A stretch of 64,000 nucleotides of DNA, taken from assembly GCA_009377715.1 (NCBI GenBank), contig WHTN01000002.1, positions 10,554-74,553 of the forward strand. The letters run 5' to 3'. The notes under the pieces are model-generated. The model worked only from the letters and a program-made list of their open reading frames with translations, was not told the DNA's origin and made no database searches. Source of the stretch: Dehalococcoidia bacterium. GTDB lineage: Bacteria > Chloroflexota > Dehalococcoidia > SM23-28-2 > WHTN01. The position numbers and the translations under genes were made by a program. Shown in pieces: positions 8,828 through 18,322 of the stretch (the stretch's first letter is position 1; each line of letters opens with the position of its first letter).

Positions 8828-10039
8828 TTATCGGTTCGAAGATGCCGTAGCGGGAGCGGATTTTGCGCGGATCCGCTTCTCGCCTAAGAAATACGCGGGC
8901 ACCATGGACAACAAGGCCACGAACACCAGTAGCACTAGCTCCGGCGTGAAGGAACCCGTAGCATCTCTCAGGATACCAACAAGCGCCGGCCCACCGACCC
9001 CTCCTGCTTCCCCGACGGTAAAGTAGAGTCCGGCCGCTGTCCCCATCGCTTTAGGGCCAACCTCGGGCAAGTCCATCATGCTATTGAGCAGAAGGGGCAT
9101 CATGGCGCCTGCGACAAAACCCTGCACCAACAAAATGGGAATCAGACTGAGGCCGGAGAAGATTATTATCAAAGATAAAGTGGTCGCTTCCACCACTAAT
9201 ATGCCTAAGACTAAAGCTCGTCTCTCCCCAAAATGGGCAGCAACGTTCGATATGGCGAGACTACCAACTATGCTGATGAGAGACGGAATGGTCGTAAGGT
9301 AGCCTGCCTCTGTTGAACTGAAGCCTTTATCTTCCAGTATCGTTGGCAGTCAGTTGCGGAAGCCATGGCCGAGCGTAAAGCCAGCGAGGCCGACCAACAC
9401 GACGATCCAGACGGCACGAAGCTTTAGGACGGCCCACGCTGGTTGTGCGGAAGACGAACTACGTCCGGCAGGCGGTTGATAGGACGGGCCGTTCCGGCCC
9501 CACACGAACCAGCACGCCATGACGGCCAGCCCGACACAGCCGTAGACGATGAACACGGCGCGCCAAGAGTCCAAGAGCGGCAGCAGAAAGCTGTTCGTCC
9601 CGGCCAAGGCAACAGCTCCGCCAGCGCCCACGCCGGTGACGTAGATGCCGGCAGCCCTTGTTCGCGCTGGGCCTACGAACCAATCTGCTATGAGCTTAGA
9701 CAAACCGCTCGAAACGAGAGGACCGCCTGCGCCGAACAGAGCTACGGCTAAAAACAGCGTAGCGAACGAGTTCGCGCCCGCCCGCAGGAACGCCGATAAG
9801 CTCATGATCGCTATGGCGAGCAGAAGCGTTCGCTTCAACCCGAACCTGTCGTTCAGCAACCCGGCTGGGTAAGCGAGCCCCATGTAGACTAAAGGCCAGG
9901 CACCCAAAATCAGGCCTGGGAATGGCTTATTCCAAGGTCGGCTTTGATGCGAGTCAACAGCGGCGGAAGGGAGCTGGTGACGAGGCCAAAATAAGCGTAT
10001 ACAAGCCAGGCCAGCCCTAGCATGAGCCAGGGCAGCCAT
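8828..10039 (-). pseudogene. MFS transporter gene interrupted by a single in-frame TGA (9350-9352)
   Basis: Track ORFs 9350-10039 and 8828-9196 are in the same frame. The 51 codons between them translate to a plausible TM segment with no other stop. Plus-strand 9350-9352 is tca, i.e. TGA on the minus strand. Confidence 0.6.
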
Positions 10040-10163
10040 TTCGGCTGCCCCGATCGAGCATCGATTCCGGCTTCGTACGACATGCGCGTTGACTAAGCGG
10101 AATTATGGCATAACGAAGAAGCCTTTGCACAAGTTTTTTAGAGGTTTGAATTGGTAAGGTCAT

Positions 10164-10201
10164 CTCAAAATAGATAGCCCGCATGGTCTAACATGCGGGC
10201 T
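10164..10201 (-). terminator. Rho-independent terminator after the zinc-ribbon gene
   Basis: Perfect 10-bp stem AGCCCGCATG / CATGCGGGCT with a 6-nt loop (10176-10201). On the minus strand it is followed by ATCTATTTTGAG. Confidence 0.6.
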
Positions 10202-10231
10202 CCTAAACTTCCGTTATAGCCTAATCTGACG

Positions 10232-10576
10232 TTACTCTCTTACGATCCCCATGTAGTCCAGTATCTCGTCCGCTTGACCTTCTATATCGGTTAAAGCGCT
10301 GTGCGATGGCTGCTCATTGCCGCAGTTCGGACATCGGTAAATCGGGACATAGCGGAGGTAGAACAGTACCTTAGTTCCGGAATCGCCTACCATCCTGTCG
10401 CCGGACCAATAGCGGTTGAAGGAACCCTGCGAGTTGCACTTCGGGCAGATCCACGCTTCCTTGGCGTAGTTTTCGAAATCGTCTGGCACCAGTTCGAACT
10501 TATGGAAGTCGCCACCCCATTCGGGCCGCACTTCCATTCTTGCCCGCTCGTATATGTAGACATCGTTATCGTTCAT
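10232..10576 (-). CDS. Small zinc-ribbon protein (two CxxC pairs: CPKC...CPNC)
   Basis: 114-aa ORF with paired Cys motifs. No other recognisable family. Confidence 0.45.
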   Translation of the reverse strand: MNDNDVYIYERARMEVRPEWGGDFHKFELVPDDFENYAKEAWICPKCNSQGSFNRYWSGDRMVGDSGTKVLFYLRYVPIYRCPNCGNEQPSHSALTDIEGQADEILDYMGIVRE

Positions 10577-10902
10577 CGTTCATCCTTATAGCTCTCTGAC
10601 GCGGGGATATCCATAAGTTTGCGTGTCACCTTCATACTGGCAGATGAAAGGTCACGCTGTCAATCGGCTGAGCTTTGCACCAAAGGCCAATCGGATACAC
10701 TCGCCTCGACCGCGGGTTAGCGAACAAAAACTGTTACTTCTATCTTATCGACGGCGGAGTTGTCTTAAACGATGAGCAGCTCACGACTGGGGATGCCGCC
10801 AAGATAATTCGCGGCGGAAGATTGAGCGTCAAGGCATCGACTACAAGCGAACTGATCCTGGTAGATACGCCGGAATAAATCTGCTCCCTGGTTCGACAGA
10901 TA

Positions 10903-10930
10903 CATCCTGAGCCTGCCGAAGGGGCTCACC
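10903..10930. repeat. Degenerate copy of the CCCTTCGACAAGCTCAGGGTGAGC-family repeat (reverse orientation)
   Basis: catcctgagcctgccgaaggggctcacc compared with the consensus gctcaccctgagcttgtcgaaggg. Confidence 0.35.
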
Positions 10931-11369
10931 AGGAGCGGATTACGCTGAATAAGCCGACGTCGCTATTTCGCGCCGTGCCCCAGGAAGTCCTCTTGAACCG
11001 CGGCTTACCAGCGACGAAGACTTCGCCTTCGATGCCCCAACTCCAATGCACTTCCGGACGTACACGGATATACTCGCCAGCGCCCGTGCATCCCTCGCGA
11101 CTTACGATGTCCGCGGTGCCGTAAACCTTAACGCCGCGAATGTTCGATCTAGGCCCATCCTCGTGATCGAATACTAAAGCCACTTTACTGGCTGTCTGGG
11201 TGTTTTTATACTTGCGAGTCGTCGTGTTCTCGCGGCCGCCGACGTAGAAGAAAGTGCCGTCGAACTCCCAGCCCACTGGGACAACGTCAGGTTGGCCATC
11301 TGGATCCACGGTTGCGATGTGCAACAAGCGCTGCGTTTTCACGAAAGCTAGCTCTTTTTCGGACAACAT
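10926..11369 (-). CDS. Pyridoxamine 5'-phosphate oxidase (PPOX/FMN-binding split barrel) family protein
   Basis: LHIATVDPDGQPDVVPVGWEFDG...VALVFDHEDG pattern of PPOX-class proteins. Start placed at the internal Met (MLSEKELAF). Confidence 0.65.
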   Translation of the reverse strand: MLSEKELAFVKTQRLLHIATVDPDGQPDVVPVGWEFDGTFFYVGGRENTTTRKYKNTQTASKVALVFDHEDGPRSNIRGVKVYGTADIVSREGCTGAGEYIRVRPEVHWSWGIEGEVFVAGKPRFKRTSWGTARNSDVGLFSVIRSW

Positions 11370-11504
11370 TTGCACTACCTCTCGGGGTTTCAAGAAAGTG
11401 TAACACAGGGACGTCTGAAGAACGCCATTTGGGCAGGTCCTCATAGCTTCGTTCTACACAAAAAATGTTGCAGAGGGGCTGCTCTTTGCTGCCAGGCGTT
11501 TTTA

Positions 11505-11637
11505 CCCCTGTCATTCTGAGCCCTTCATCACCCCCAGTGTCCGATATGTATCTGACCTAATCACACCCCAGCACCAAAACGGTACGGATTCTTCGTCACT
11601 TCGTCTCTTAGGACTTCGCTCCTCAGAATGACATCCC
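11505..11637. repeat. MITE-like element: 12-bp perfect terminal inverted repeats (TGTCATTCTGAG / CTCAGAATGACA) flanking about 100 bp
   Basis: Seen directly. The minus strand reads GTCATTCTGAGGAGCGAAGTCCTAAGAGACGAAG...GAAGAATCC. Related fragments (gctcagaatgac) occur at about 39395 and 28350. Confidence 0.45.
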
Positions 11638-11715
11638 CACGTTTCGCGGCTTGACACCACCAGCTTTAATTACTACTGTTGGGCCAAATCGGGTACAAAA
11701 GGTGGAGGTGACTGG

Positions 11716-12630
11716 ATGGCTACATTAGTTAAACGAAAGCTTGGACGCACGGAACTCGAAGTTACGACGCTCGGTTACGGGGCGATGGAACTGCGCGGCC
11801 CAGGCGGCTTCAGAGGACGCGACGTTAAACCGGAACAGGCAGAGGCTGTCCTTAACTCCGTCCTGGACTCCGGTATCAACTTCATCGACACGTCGATCGA
11901 CTACGGCGTCAGCGAAGAGCTTATCGGCAAGTACATCTCGCACAGGCGGTCGGAATACTACCTGGCGAGTAAATGCGGCTGTCCTGTCGGGCCGGTCGAT
12001 CCTTCAGCGCCCAGACCGCTGCCGCATATCTTCACCCGAGAAAACATCGTCGCCGGCGTAAACCAGAGCCTTGCGCGGATGAAGACGGATCATCTAGACC
12101 TCGTCCAGTTTCACGCCGGGCCATCCAAAGAGACCCTAGAGGAGAACGAAGCCGTTGAGACGCTACTCGACCTCCAACGTGAGGGCAAGATCCGCTTCTT
12201 AGGCATGTCCTCAACCCTTCCGAACCTTGCAGATCACATCGCCATGGGCGTATTCGACGCCTTCCAGATACCGTACTCGGCGCTTCAGCGCGAACACGAA
12301 GTCGCTATAGAGCACGCCGCTGAAGCAGACGCCGGCACCATAATTCGTGGCGGCGTCGCTCGCGGCGCAGTATCTGAGGACAACCGCAACGATGATGTGT
12401 CGAGCCTGTGGGAGAAGGCGAACCTAGACGAACTGCTGGGCGATATGAGCCGGATGGCGTTCATGCTGCGCTTTACCCTTAGCCATCCAGGACTGCACAC
12501 GACGATAGTCGGCACGCGCAGTCCCGAACACCTGAAGGAAAATATTGATGCGGCCGAAAGAGGCCCTCTGCCAGCCGATATCTATGAAGAGGCCAAGCGA
12601 CGTCTGGCGGCCGCTGGCGAGGCACCTTAG
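11716..12630 (+). CDS. Aldo/keto reductase family oxidoreductase
   Basis: 304-aa AKR fold (LGYGAMELRG..., IDTSIDYG). RBS AAGGTGGAGG upstream. Confidence 0.9.
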   Translation: MATLVKRKLGRTELEVTTLGYGAMELRGPGGFRGRDVKPEQAEAVLNSVLDSGINFIDTSIDYGVSEELIGKYISHRRSEYYLASKCGCPVGPVDPSAPRPLPHIFTRENIVAGVNQSLARMKTDHLDLVQFHAGPSKETLEENEAVETLLDLQREGKIRFLGMSSTLPNLADHIAMGVFDAFQIPYSALQREHEVAIEHAAEADAGTIIRGGVARGAVSEDNRNDDVSSLWEKANLDELLGDMSRMAFMLRFTLSHPGLHTTIVGTRSPEHLKENIDAAERGPLPADIYEEAKRRLAAAGEAP

Positions 12631-12632
12631 AC

Positions 12633-13529
12633 GTGAACATCACGCGCGTAGGCATCGTTAGCCCCGGCGAGATGGGCGCCGCCATAGGACGGCTGCTCAT
12701 CGAAAACGGCCTCGGAGTCTTCGGCTGCCTGGAAGACCGTAGCGAAGCAAGTCGCTTACGCGCCGAGCGAGCCTGCTTCCAAGACGCCCAGACGCTAGAT
12801 GACCTCGTGCAAGGGGTCGATCTGTTGCTATCGGTCGTTCCGCCGGATCAGGCGCTGGCAGTCGCCACGCGAGTCGCGGAGTGTCTATCGCGGGCGAGCG
12901 CCAAGCCCGTATTCGCCGACTGCAACGCAGTCTCGCCTCAGACAGCGAAGCGCATAGGCGAAATGATCGCTGCAGCCGACGCGACGTTCATCGATGCGGG
13001 CATCATCGGGCCACCGCCCCGACCAGGCGCTAAGACGCGGCTTTACTGCTCCGGGCCAGACATCGAAGCGTTGGAATCGCTATCGACTGAGGGACTTGAA
13101 ATTCTTGAAATTAAAGTAGCCGGCCCCGAGATCGGCCAGGCCTCCGGGCTGAAAATGGTCTACTCCGCATCGACGAAGGGCACGACAGCCCTCTGGACGC
13201 AGTTCCTAATCGCCGCCAAAGCGCTCGGCCTTGACGAAGTGCTTAGGCAAGAGTTTTCGCTCGGCGGACGCCAAACGGTGATCTCACAGCAAATGATGGC
13301 GCAGATCCCGACGGTGCCCCGTAATTCGTCTCGCTGGGTCGGCGAGATGGATGAGATTGCGGCGACATTCGCATCGCTGGGACTGACGCCGAAAATATTC
13401 GAGGGCGTGGCCGAACTGTACCGCCGCATCAGCGAAACGCCGCTAGACAAAGAGGCAGCGGCTAATCAGCCGACCGAGCAAGTAATCGAGGACCTTTCTA
13501 GAACGTTGACGAACGGGAACAGTGATTGA
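12633..13529 (+). CDS. NAD(P)-binding dehydrogenase (6-phosphogluconate/3-hydroxyisobutyrate dehydrogenase-like, DUF1932-type C-terminus)
   Basis: N-terminal Rossmann motif VGIVSPGEMGAAIG. GTG start overlaps the AKR stop. 298 aa. Confidence 0.65.
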   Translation: MNITRVGIVSPGEMGAAIGRLLIENGLGVFGCLEDRSEASRLRAERACFQDAQTLDDLVQGVDLLLSVVPPDQALAVATRVAECLSRASAKPVFADCNAVSPQTAKRIGEMIAAADATFIDAGIIGPPPRPGAKTRLYCSGPDIEALESLSTEGLEILEIKVAGPEIGQASGLKMVYSASTKGTTALWTQFLIAAKALGLDEVLRQEFSLGGRQTVISQQMMAQIPTVPRNSSRWVGEMDEIAATFASLGLTPKIFEGVAELYRRISETPLDKEAAANQPTEQVIEDLSRTLTNGNSD

Positions 13530-13578
13530 TTCTTGTCGTTCGCTCTGCAGTTGTCGAAGACTCGACTCTGGCGAGAAA

Positions 13579-13617
13579 CCCCGCAGCTAACTTGAAGCTG
13601 CCGGTTTTAACCGGCAG
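13579..13617. repeat. Structured repeat CCGCAGCTAACYYGAAGCTGCCGGTTTTAACCGGCAG (nested hairpins); second copy at 20685-20722
   Basis: Two copies with more than 85% identity. Internal palindromes GCAGCT..AGCTGC and CTGCCGGTT..AACCGGCAG. Confidence 0.45.
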
Positions 13618-13798
13618 ACCTCTATTCTCGCTCACCCCGTCGCGACGCGAGAGTGGAAGGGCGATAACAGATAACAGTAGTGGCAGCCGTGCCCCTGCAA
13701 ACCGCCTCGCGCAGGCGCACGGCCGTGCGCCCCTACCTTCTGTCAACGGATGAATATCGGATTGTCGGTATGCAACTCACCGCGAGCGGTTCTTGTCC

Positions 13799-13824
13799 GC
13801 TCACCCTGAGCTTGTCGAAGGGCC
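13799..13824. repeat. Interspersed repeat GCTCACCCTGAGCTTGTCGAAGGGCC (reverse orientation of CCCTTCGACAAGCTCAGGGTGAGC)
   Basis: Copies at 19050-19074, 20570-20607, 28147-28174, 28292-28314, 28378-28403 and 43296-43321, with degenerate copies elsewhere. Confidence 0.5.
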
Positions 13825-13860
13825 ACGCAGGTCTGACCCTGTTGATTGTGAGTGTCCTGT

Positions 13861-13880
13861 CTACGGGTTGAAACCCGTAG
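13861..13880. repeat. Perfect hairpin CTACGGGTT-GAA-ACCCGTAG (REP-like, contains GTAG)
   Basis: 9-bp perfect stem followed by CTAGC. Not followed by a T-run, so unlikely to be a classic terminator. Confidence 0.35.
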
Positions 13881-13903
13881 CTAGCTCGAAGGTCAGAACA
13901 ATC

Positions 13904-15217
13904 CTAAGCCCGCCGCAGCGTGCGAGCGCGCCAGATAGTCACAAGCGCTATAAGGGTAACGATGCCACCCATTATGCTGATGGTGTTGGGCGCTCCTATA
14001 ACGTCAGCCGCGCCGCCGGCGGCGAACACGCCCGCTGGAATCAGGCCGTACTCTAGCATGTGCAGACTAGCGACGCGCCCGCGCATGTCATCGGTTATCG
14101 TAGCTTGGAGGACCGTCTGGTTGAGAGTGACGAACGTCACTTGGAACATGTTTACGATCATCAGGAAGACTATAGCCAGGGCCAGCCAGGGGGCCTGACT
14201 GAACAGGATCAGCGCTATGCCCATCGCCGCCAAACAGAACGCCATTGTCATCCCCTTGCGTTTGACGTCCCCGACGCTGGCCAGACCGAGCGTCCCTATC
14301 AGCGAGCCGATGCCGCCGAAAGACAGCATAATACCCAAGCCCAAAGCACCGATATCATAGACATCGCCGGCGAAGATAGCCAGAAGGCTCATATATGGCA
14401 TCGCCAGCGTCATCGGAACGACCATTAACATTAGCAGCGTCACCAGTATCTCTTTGCTCCTCACGTACCGAAGACCTTCCGCAGTGCTCGCCATGACGCT
14501 CGGACGCGGGCCGCTGCGCTCAGGCACCGGCGGCACCTTCATCATCGCTATCATGATAATGACCGAAGCGTACAGCACCACCTGAACGGAGAAGTTGCCA
14601 CCCCCACCGAACGCCACAAGCAAAAACCCACCGACAGCCGGGCCGATGATTCGCATTAAGTTCATGGCGGACATCATAAGGGCATTGGCAGTGAGCAGCT
14701 CTTCGCGCGGCACGATCGTCGGTATCACAGCCTGGCGCACCGGCCAGACAAAGGCCCAGCCCGCGCCGGAGGCGAGAGAGAAGACCAATAGATGCCAGAG
14801 CTCGGCTGTGCCTGTGACCAGCAAAACGGCTACAACCGCTGTCGTGGCGACCAAGTATGTCTGAGTTATCATCATGAGCAACCGGCGGTCCATGCGGTCC
14901 GCTATAGTACCCGAGAAAAGGCCGATTAGAAGGTACGGCACGGTACGCAAGCCATTAATGAGGCCCAGATAGAAAGCGGAACCGGTCATTTCAAAGACAA
15001 GCCAGCTAAGAGTGATCTGCTGAAGCCACTGGCCGGCGCTCATGATCGCCGCGCCCGTCCACAACAAGGCAAAGTCTCGGTGCCGGAGGGAGCTGAAGGT
15101 CTGTAGATTTAGCGCGGCGGTCGGACTGAACCTACGCCTCGCGACGGTGGATGCCGGCGCAGTGACAGAGGTGTCACTGGATCCAGCAGCTTGCGCCTCT
15201 TCGTATGCAGAACTCAA
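13904..15217 (-). CDS. MFS transporter (EntS/MFS_3-like exporter family)
   Basis: 437 aa, 12 predicted TM segments, N-terminal RHRDFALLWTGAA motif. Paralogous to 24602-25891. Confidence 0.85.
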   Translation of the reverse strand: MSSAYEEAQAAGSSDTSVTAPASTVARRRFSPTAALNLQTFSSLRHRDFALLWTGAAIMSAGQWLQQITLSWLVFEMTGSAFYLGLINGLRTVPYLLIGLFSGTIADRMDRRLLMMITQTYLVATTAVVAVLLVTGTAELWHLLVFSLASGAGWAFVWPVRQAVIPTIVPREELLTANALMMSAMNLMRIIGPAVGGFLLVAFGGGGNFSVQVVLYASVIIMIAMMKVPPVPERSGPRPSVMASTAEGLRYVRSKEILVTLLMLMVVPMTLAMPYMSLLAIFAGDVYDIGALGLGIMLSFGGIGSLIGTLGLASVGDVKRKGMTMAFCLAAMGIALILFSQAPWLALAIVFLMIVNMFQVTFVTLNQTVLQATITDDMRGRVASLHMLEYGLIPAGVFAAGGAADVIGAPNTISIMGGIVTLIALVTIWRARTLRRA

Positions 15218-15398
15218 TTCGTCATCCAGAAGCCGTAAGTTTTAGCCAGTATATCACCTCTAACACGGCAAATCGCGCTTTTTGTAAACAGGGGCGAGCA
15301 AGATGATCCGTTAAGTGATACGGCATCAAAAAGCCGTTCGCCAATGTCGACCATTGGCGAACGGCTCGCGCTCGTAAGGGTACGAAGTGTGCTTATCT

Positions 15399-15671
15399 TT
15401 AGGCCTGCATGATGTTGTGAACAGGAAAAACCTCTGGCGGGGCTGTGATACCGGCCTTCTGAAGTGCCGCTCCAAGCTTCTCCTTGAAGAAGCGGTCGGC
15501 AGCCTCCTGCGATTCCCAAACCTCCACGACGCGCCAACCGTCCGCGACCGGCCCACCAGCGTGGTAGAGCATGCCCGCAGGCGGTTTGTTACCTGGAGTA
15601 GTTTCCTGCACAACCTGGTCGTATTGAGCCTGAGTAACCCCAACTCCGTGGAAAACTAGTGCGATAGCCAT
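15399..15671 (-). CDS. Small hypothetical protein (about 90 aa)
   Basis: ORF beginning MAIALVFHGVGVTQAQYD. No confident family. The start could instead be at 15713. Confidence 0.3.
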   Translation of the reverse strand: MAIALVFHGVGVTQAQYDQVVQETTPGNKPPAGMLYHAGGPVADGWRVVEVWESQEAADRFFKEKLGAALQKAGITAPPEVFPVHNIMQA

Positions 15672-15761
15672 ATATATAAAATACCTCCTACTAGCTTGTT
15701 GGGCCGTAAGCATACTCTACAGCGGATAGTTTTTGTAGTATTGACGAGAACAAAAGCGCTT

Positions 15762-17768
15762 CTAACGCATCAATTTGCGCTTTTCGTTGACGTAGTCCAG
15801 CAAGATATATTCGCCCAGGCGCTGTGGCGCGACGAAGAACGCCCGGCCGCGATTGATCTTCGCCATGACCCGAACGAACTCCACGAGACTAGGGTCGCGC
15901 TCCATCATAAAAGTGTTAATCGTGATGCCGTCTTTGGTGCAGCGCGACACTTCGCGCAGCGTCTCTTCGACAACAGCCGGCGAGTGGCGATAACGGCCCC
16001 ATTGAGCATCGCTGTCCGACCAGTTGTTATACGTCGTCGGCTGGCCGTCGGTCAGCAGAACGATCTGTTTCGTACCGATCTTATGCTTACTTAGCAACGT
16101 GCGGGCGTAACGGAGCCCTTCCTGGAAGTTCGTGCCGCCACCGTACTCGACCCAGTAGCTATCGAGCAGCATCTCCGGCTTGAGTGGCAGAGCGAAGTAA
16201 GAGAACGCGACCACATCCAGATTGTCCTTCGGGAACTTAGAGCGGATGAGCGTATCCAGTGCCAAGGCCACCCTCCGCCCGGCCTGGAAGTAGCCGCCCA
16301 TGATCATGGAATAGCTCATGTCGAGCATGATTACCGTTGAGCACTGCGTCACGGCTTGGGTGTGGTAAACCTCGAAGTCGTCGGGCTTCAGTCGTGCTGG
16401 CGTGCCGGGCCCCGAGCGAAGGACGGCGTTCATAACGCTTCGCTGCGTATCCATAAGGAACGGATCGCCGAATTCATATGGCTTCGTATCGTCCAACCGC
16501 TCGACGCCGATGCCGCCTCTCTCGCGGGTATGATCGCCGAGGACACTGTTGTCGACTTTCGCGAAGACCTCCTGCAGCGCCCGCTCACCGATCTGGCGCA
16601 TAGCGCGGGGCGTAAGTTCCCAGTCGTTCCCCTTGCGACGGATTAGGCCGGCCTCTTCCAGCATCCTGGTTATCTCCTGCAGCTGCTCGGCCATCTGGCG
16701 CGACTCCTCACCGCGCAGGCGGCCGATTTCGCCCGCATCAAGCTGGGAAGCGTCGTTCGACTTAACGGCCTGCATTAGGTCGCGCTCCATGGAGTCGAGG
16801 CTGTTCATATCGCCCATGAGCTTGAGCGCCTCCTGCAACGTCACAGGATCTTCACCCATGAAGGGGAACTTTTGCGCCCAGTCCCGCATCGGATGGAGGC
16901 GCTCAAGGTTCGTCGCCAGGCGGAAGAGGTCCCACTGAAGGCGGTTATCGCGTAGCAGGTCCTCCATCATCTGCTCGAGTTCGCGGCGCGTCTCCGGCGT
17001 CATTGAGTCGAGCAGCGCCTGCATCTGGCCGATCCGCTTCTGCATGTGCTCGATGAGGTCGTCGAGGTTCTCGATTCCTTCCGGAAAGAAGTGGCCCCAC
17101 TTCTGCATGAAGCCGTCGAAGTCCGGCTCCTGGCCGCTCATGCGCTGTTCGATCATCTCATTGAGGTCGCGCACCATCTGTGATAGCTGGCTGAGCATCT
17201 CCGGTGTCATCGCTTGAAGCCCCTGCTGGAGGCCCTGGAAGTAGTTTTGCATGATCTGCTGCTGAAGCACCTGCAATAACTCTTCGAACTGCTGCCGAGC
17301 GTCTGGATCGAGGAAATCGTAGTCGCGCAGATCTTTGACACGACTGCCGACGTCGGGCGGAAGCGCGTCGAGCTGTTGCGAGCGCTTTTCGGCGATGTCG
17401 CGCATCAACTGGTTCAGCCCTTCATCGCCTTCGGCAGAGGCATCGGCGTCTTGCAGACGTTGCTGGACGGCGTCGCGTTCGGTATCGATGACGCGGTCGA
17501 GGCGTTCCTTTATATCGTCGAAGATCGAACCGAGATTATACCGGCTGAGGTTGCGTTCCCGTGCTGAGCGCATGCGTTCGAGCAGTTCGCGCAGACCTTC
17601 CATCCGCTGTCCGTTGGGAAATTCGGCGCCGCGCTGGAGCATGCGGCGTAGCGCCTCACGGAAGTCGCCGCGCTGGAGGACTTCGTCCGCGAGATGGCGC
17701 ATCAGTTCGTCCGAACCGAGCGGCTCGAACCGCTGGGTGCCATCCCACTCCGAATAGCGATACAGCAT
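15762..17768 (-). CDS. von Willebrand factor A (VWA) domain protein with long N-terminal Q/E/R-rich coiled region
   Basis: C-terminal MIDAS motif LDMSYSM (DxSxS) and a VWA fold. 668 aa. The start overlaps the stop of the OsmC gene. Confidence 0.7.
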   Translation of the reverse strand: MLYRYSEWDGTQRFEPLGSDELMRHLADEVLQRGDFREALRRMLQRGAEFPNGQRMEGLRELLERMRSARERNLSRYNLGSIFDDIKERLDRVIDTERDAVQQRLQDADASAEGDEGLNQLMRDIAEKRSQQLDALPPDVGSRVKDLRDYDFLDPDARQQFEELLQVLQQQIMQNYFQGLQQGLQAMTPEMLSQLSQMVRDLNEMIEQRMSGQEPDFDGFMQKWGHFFPEGIENLDDLIEHMQKRIGQMQALLDSMTPETRRELEQMMEDLLRDNRLQWDLFRLATNLERLHPMRDWAQKFPFMGEDPVTLQEALKLMGDMNSLDSMERDLMQAVKSNDASQLDAGEIGRLRGEESRQMAEQLQEITRMLEEAGLIRRKGNDWELTPRAMRQIGERALQEVFAKVDNSVLGDHTRERGGIGVERLDDTKPYEFGDPFLMDTQRSVMNAVLRSGPGTPARLKPDDFEVYHTQAVTQCSTVIMLDMSYSMIMGGYFQAGRRVALALDTLIRSKFPKDNLDVVAFSYFALPLKPEMLLDSYWVEYGGGTNFQEGLRYARTLLSKHKIGTKQIVLLTDGQPTTYNNWSDSDAQWGRYRHSPAVVEETLREVSRCTKDGITINTFMMERDPSLVEFVRVMAKINRGRAFFVAPQRLGEYILLDYVNEKRKLMR

Positions 17769-18322
17769 TAGCTGGTTATCAGGCCGCCCTCCGGCTTATC
17801 GGGGCCAAGCTCTATCGTGAGGGCCTTCGTGCCGTTGAGATAGACTTCTTTGGTGATCGGTATCGCCTTGTCGAGCGTGTTGCTGACGAAGCAGCGCTCT
17901 CCCGCCTCGTGGGCGAGTTCTCGCAACGCTTCTTCGGAGATGCCGCCTTCGACGTGGATCTCCACGACCATGTCCTGCATCCGGCGCGGCAGGTCTTGCT
18001 GGAAGTGAGCGCGCGCCATCATTTTGAGGTCGTCCACCGGCAAATCTTTTGCGAGGACGACGTCGGCGTACTTCATCAGTAGGCATGAGGCCGCGCCGGA
18101 GACGAAGTAGGCCAGAGGCCCCGGCCCGCGACCGAGCCCGCCGCGTTCGGGCGGCTCGTCCGCCAGGAACTCGAAGGCGCTTTCGCCTCGCTTCGAACGG
18201 ATGACGAGGGTCTTCTGCTCCAGGTGCTCTATATCGACACGAGACGTGCCAACCTGGCCGGGCTGTCGCGGCGTTTCCTCCGCCTTCTTCGCGGCTTCCA
18301 TCAGTTCAGGGACTGTCTTCAT
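17768..18322 (-). CDS. OsmC/Ohr family protein
   Basis: YFVSGAASCLLMKY...CFVSNTL pattern typical of the OsmC peroxiredoxin-like family. 184 aa. Confidence 0.75.
   Translation of the reverse strand: MKTVPELMEAAKKAEETPRQPGQVGTSRVDIEHLEQKTLVIRSKRGESAFEFLADEPPERGGLGRGPGPLAYFVSGAASCLLMKYADVVLAKDLPVDDLKMMARAHFQQDLPRRMQDMVVEIHVEGGISEEALRELAHEAGERCFVSNTLDKAIPITKEVYLNGTKALTIELGPDKPEGGLITS

Noticed and set aside
10675-10878. 67-aa plus-strand ORF (…LIDGGVVLNDEQLTTGDAAKIIRGG…) resembling the C-terminal strand of a cupin
   Set aside because: Too short and lacking the metal-binding motifs. It is possibly a gene remnant, but the evidence does not support annotating it.
13861-13880. CTACGGGTTGAAACCCGTAG hairpin as a terminator for the convergent genes
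   Set aside because: It has no T-run on either strand and contains GTAG like the other REP-like palindromes. It is better classed with the repeats.
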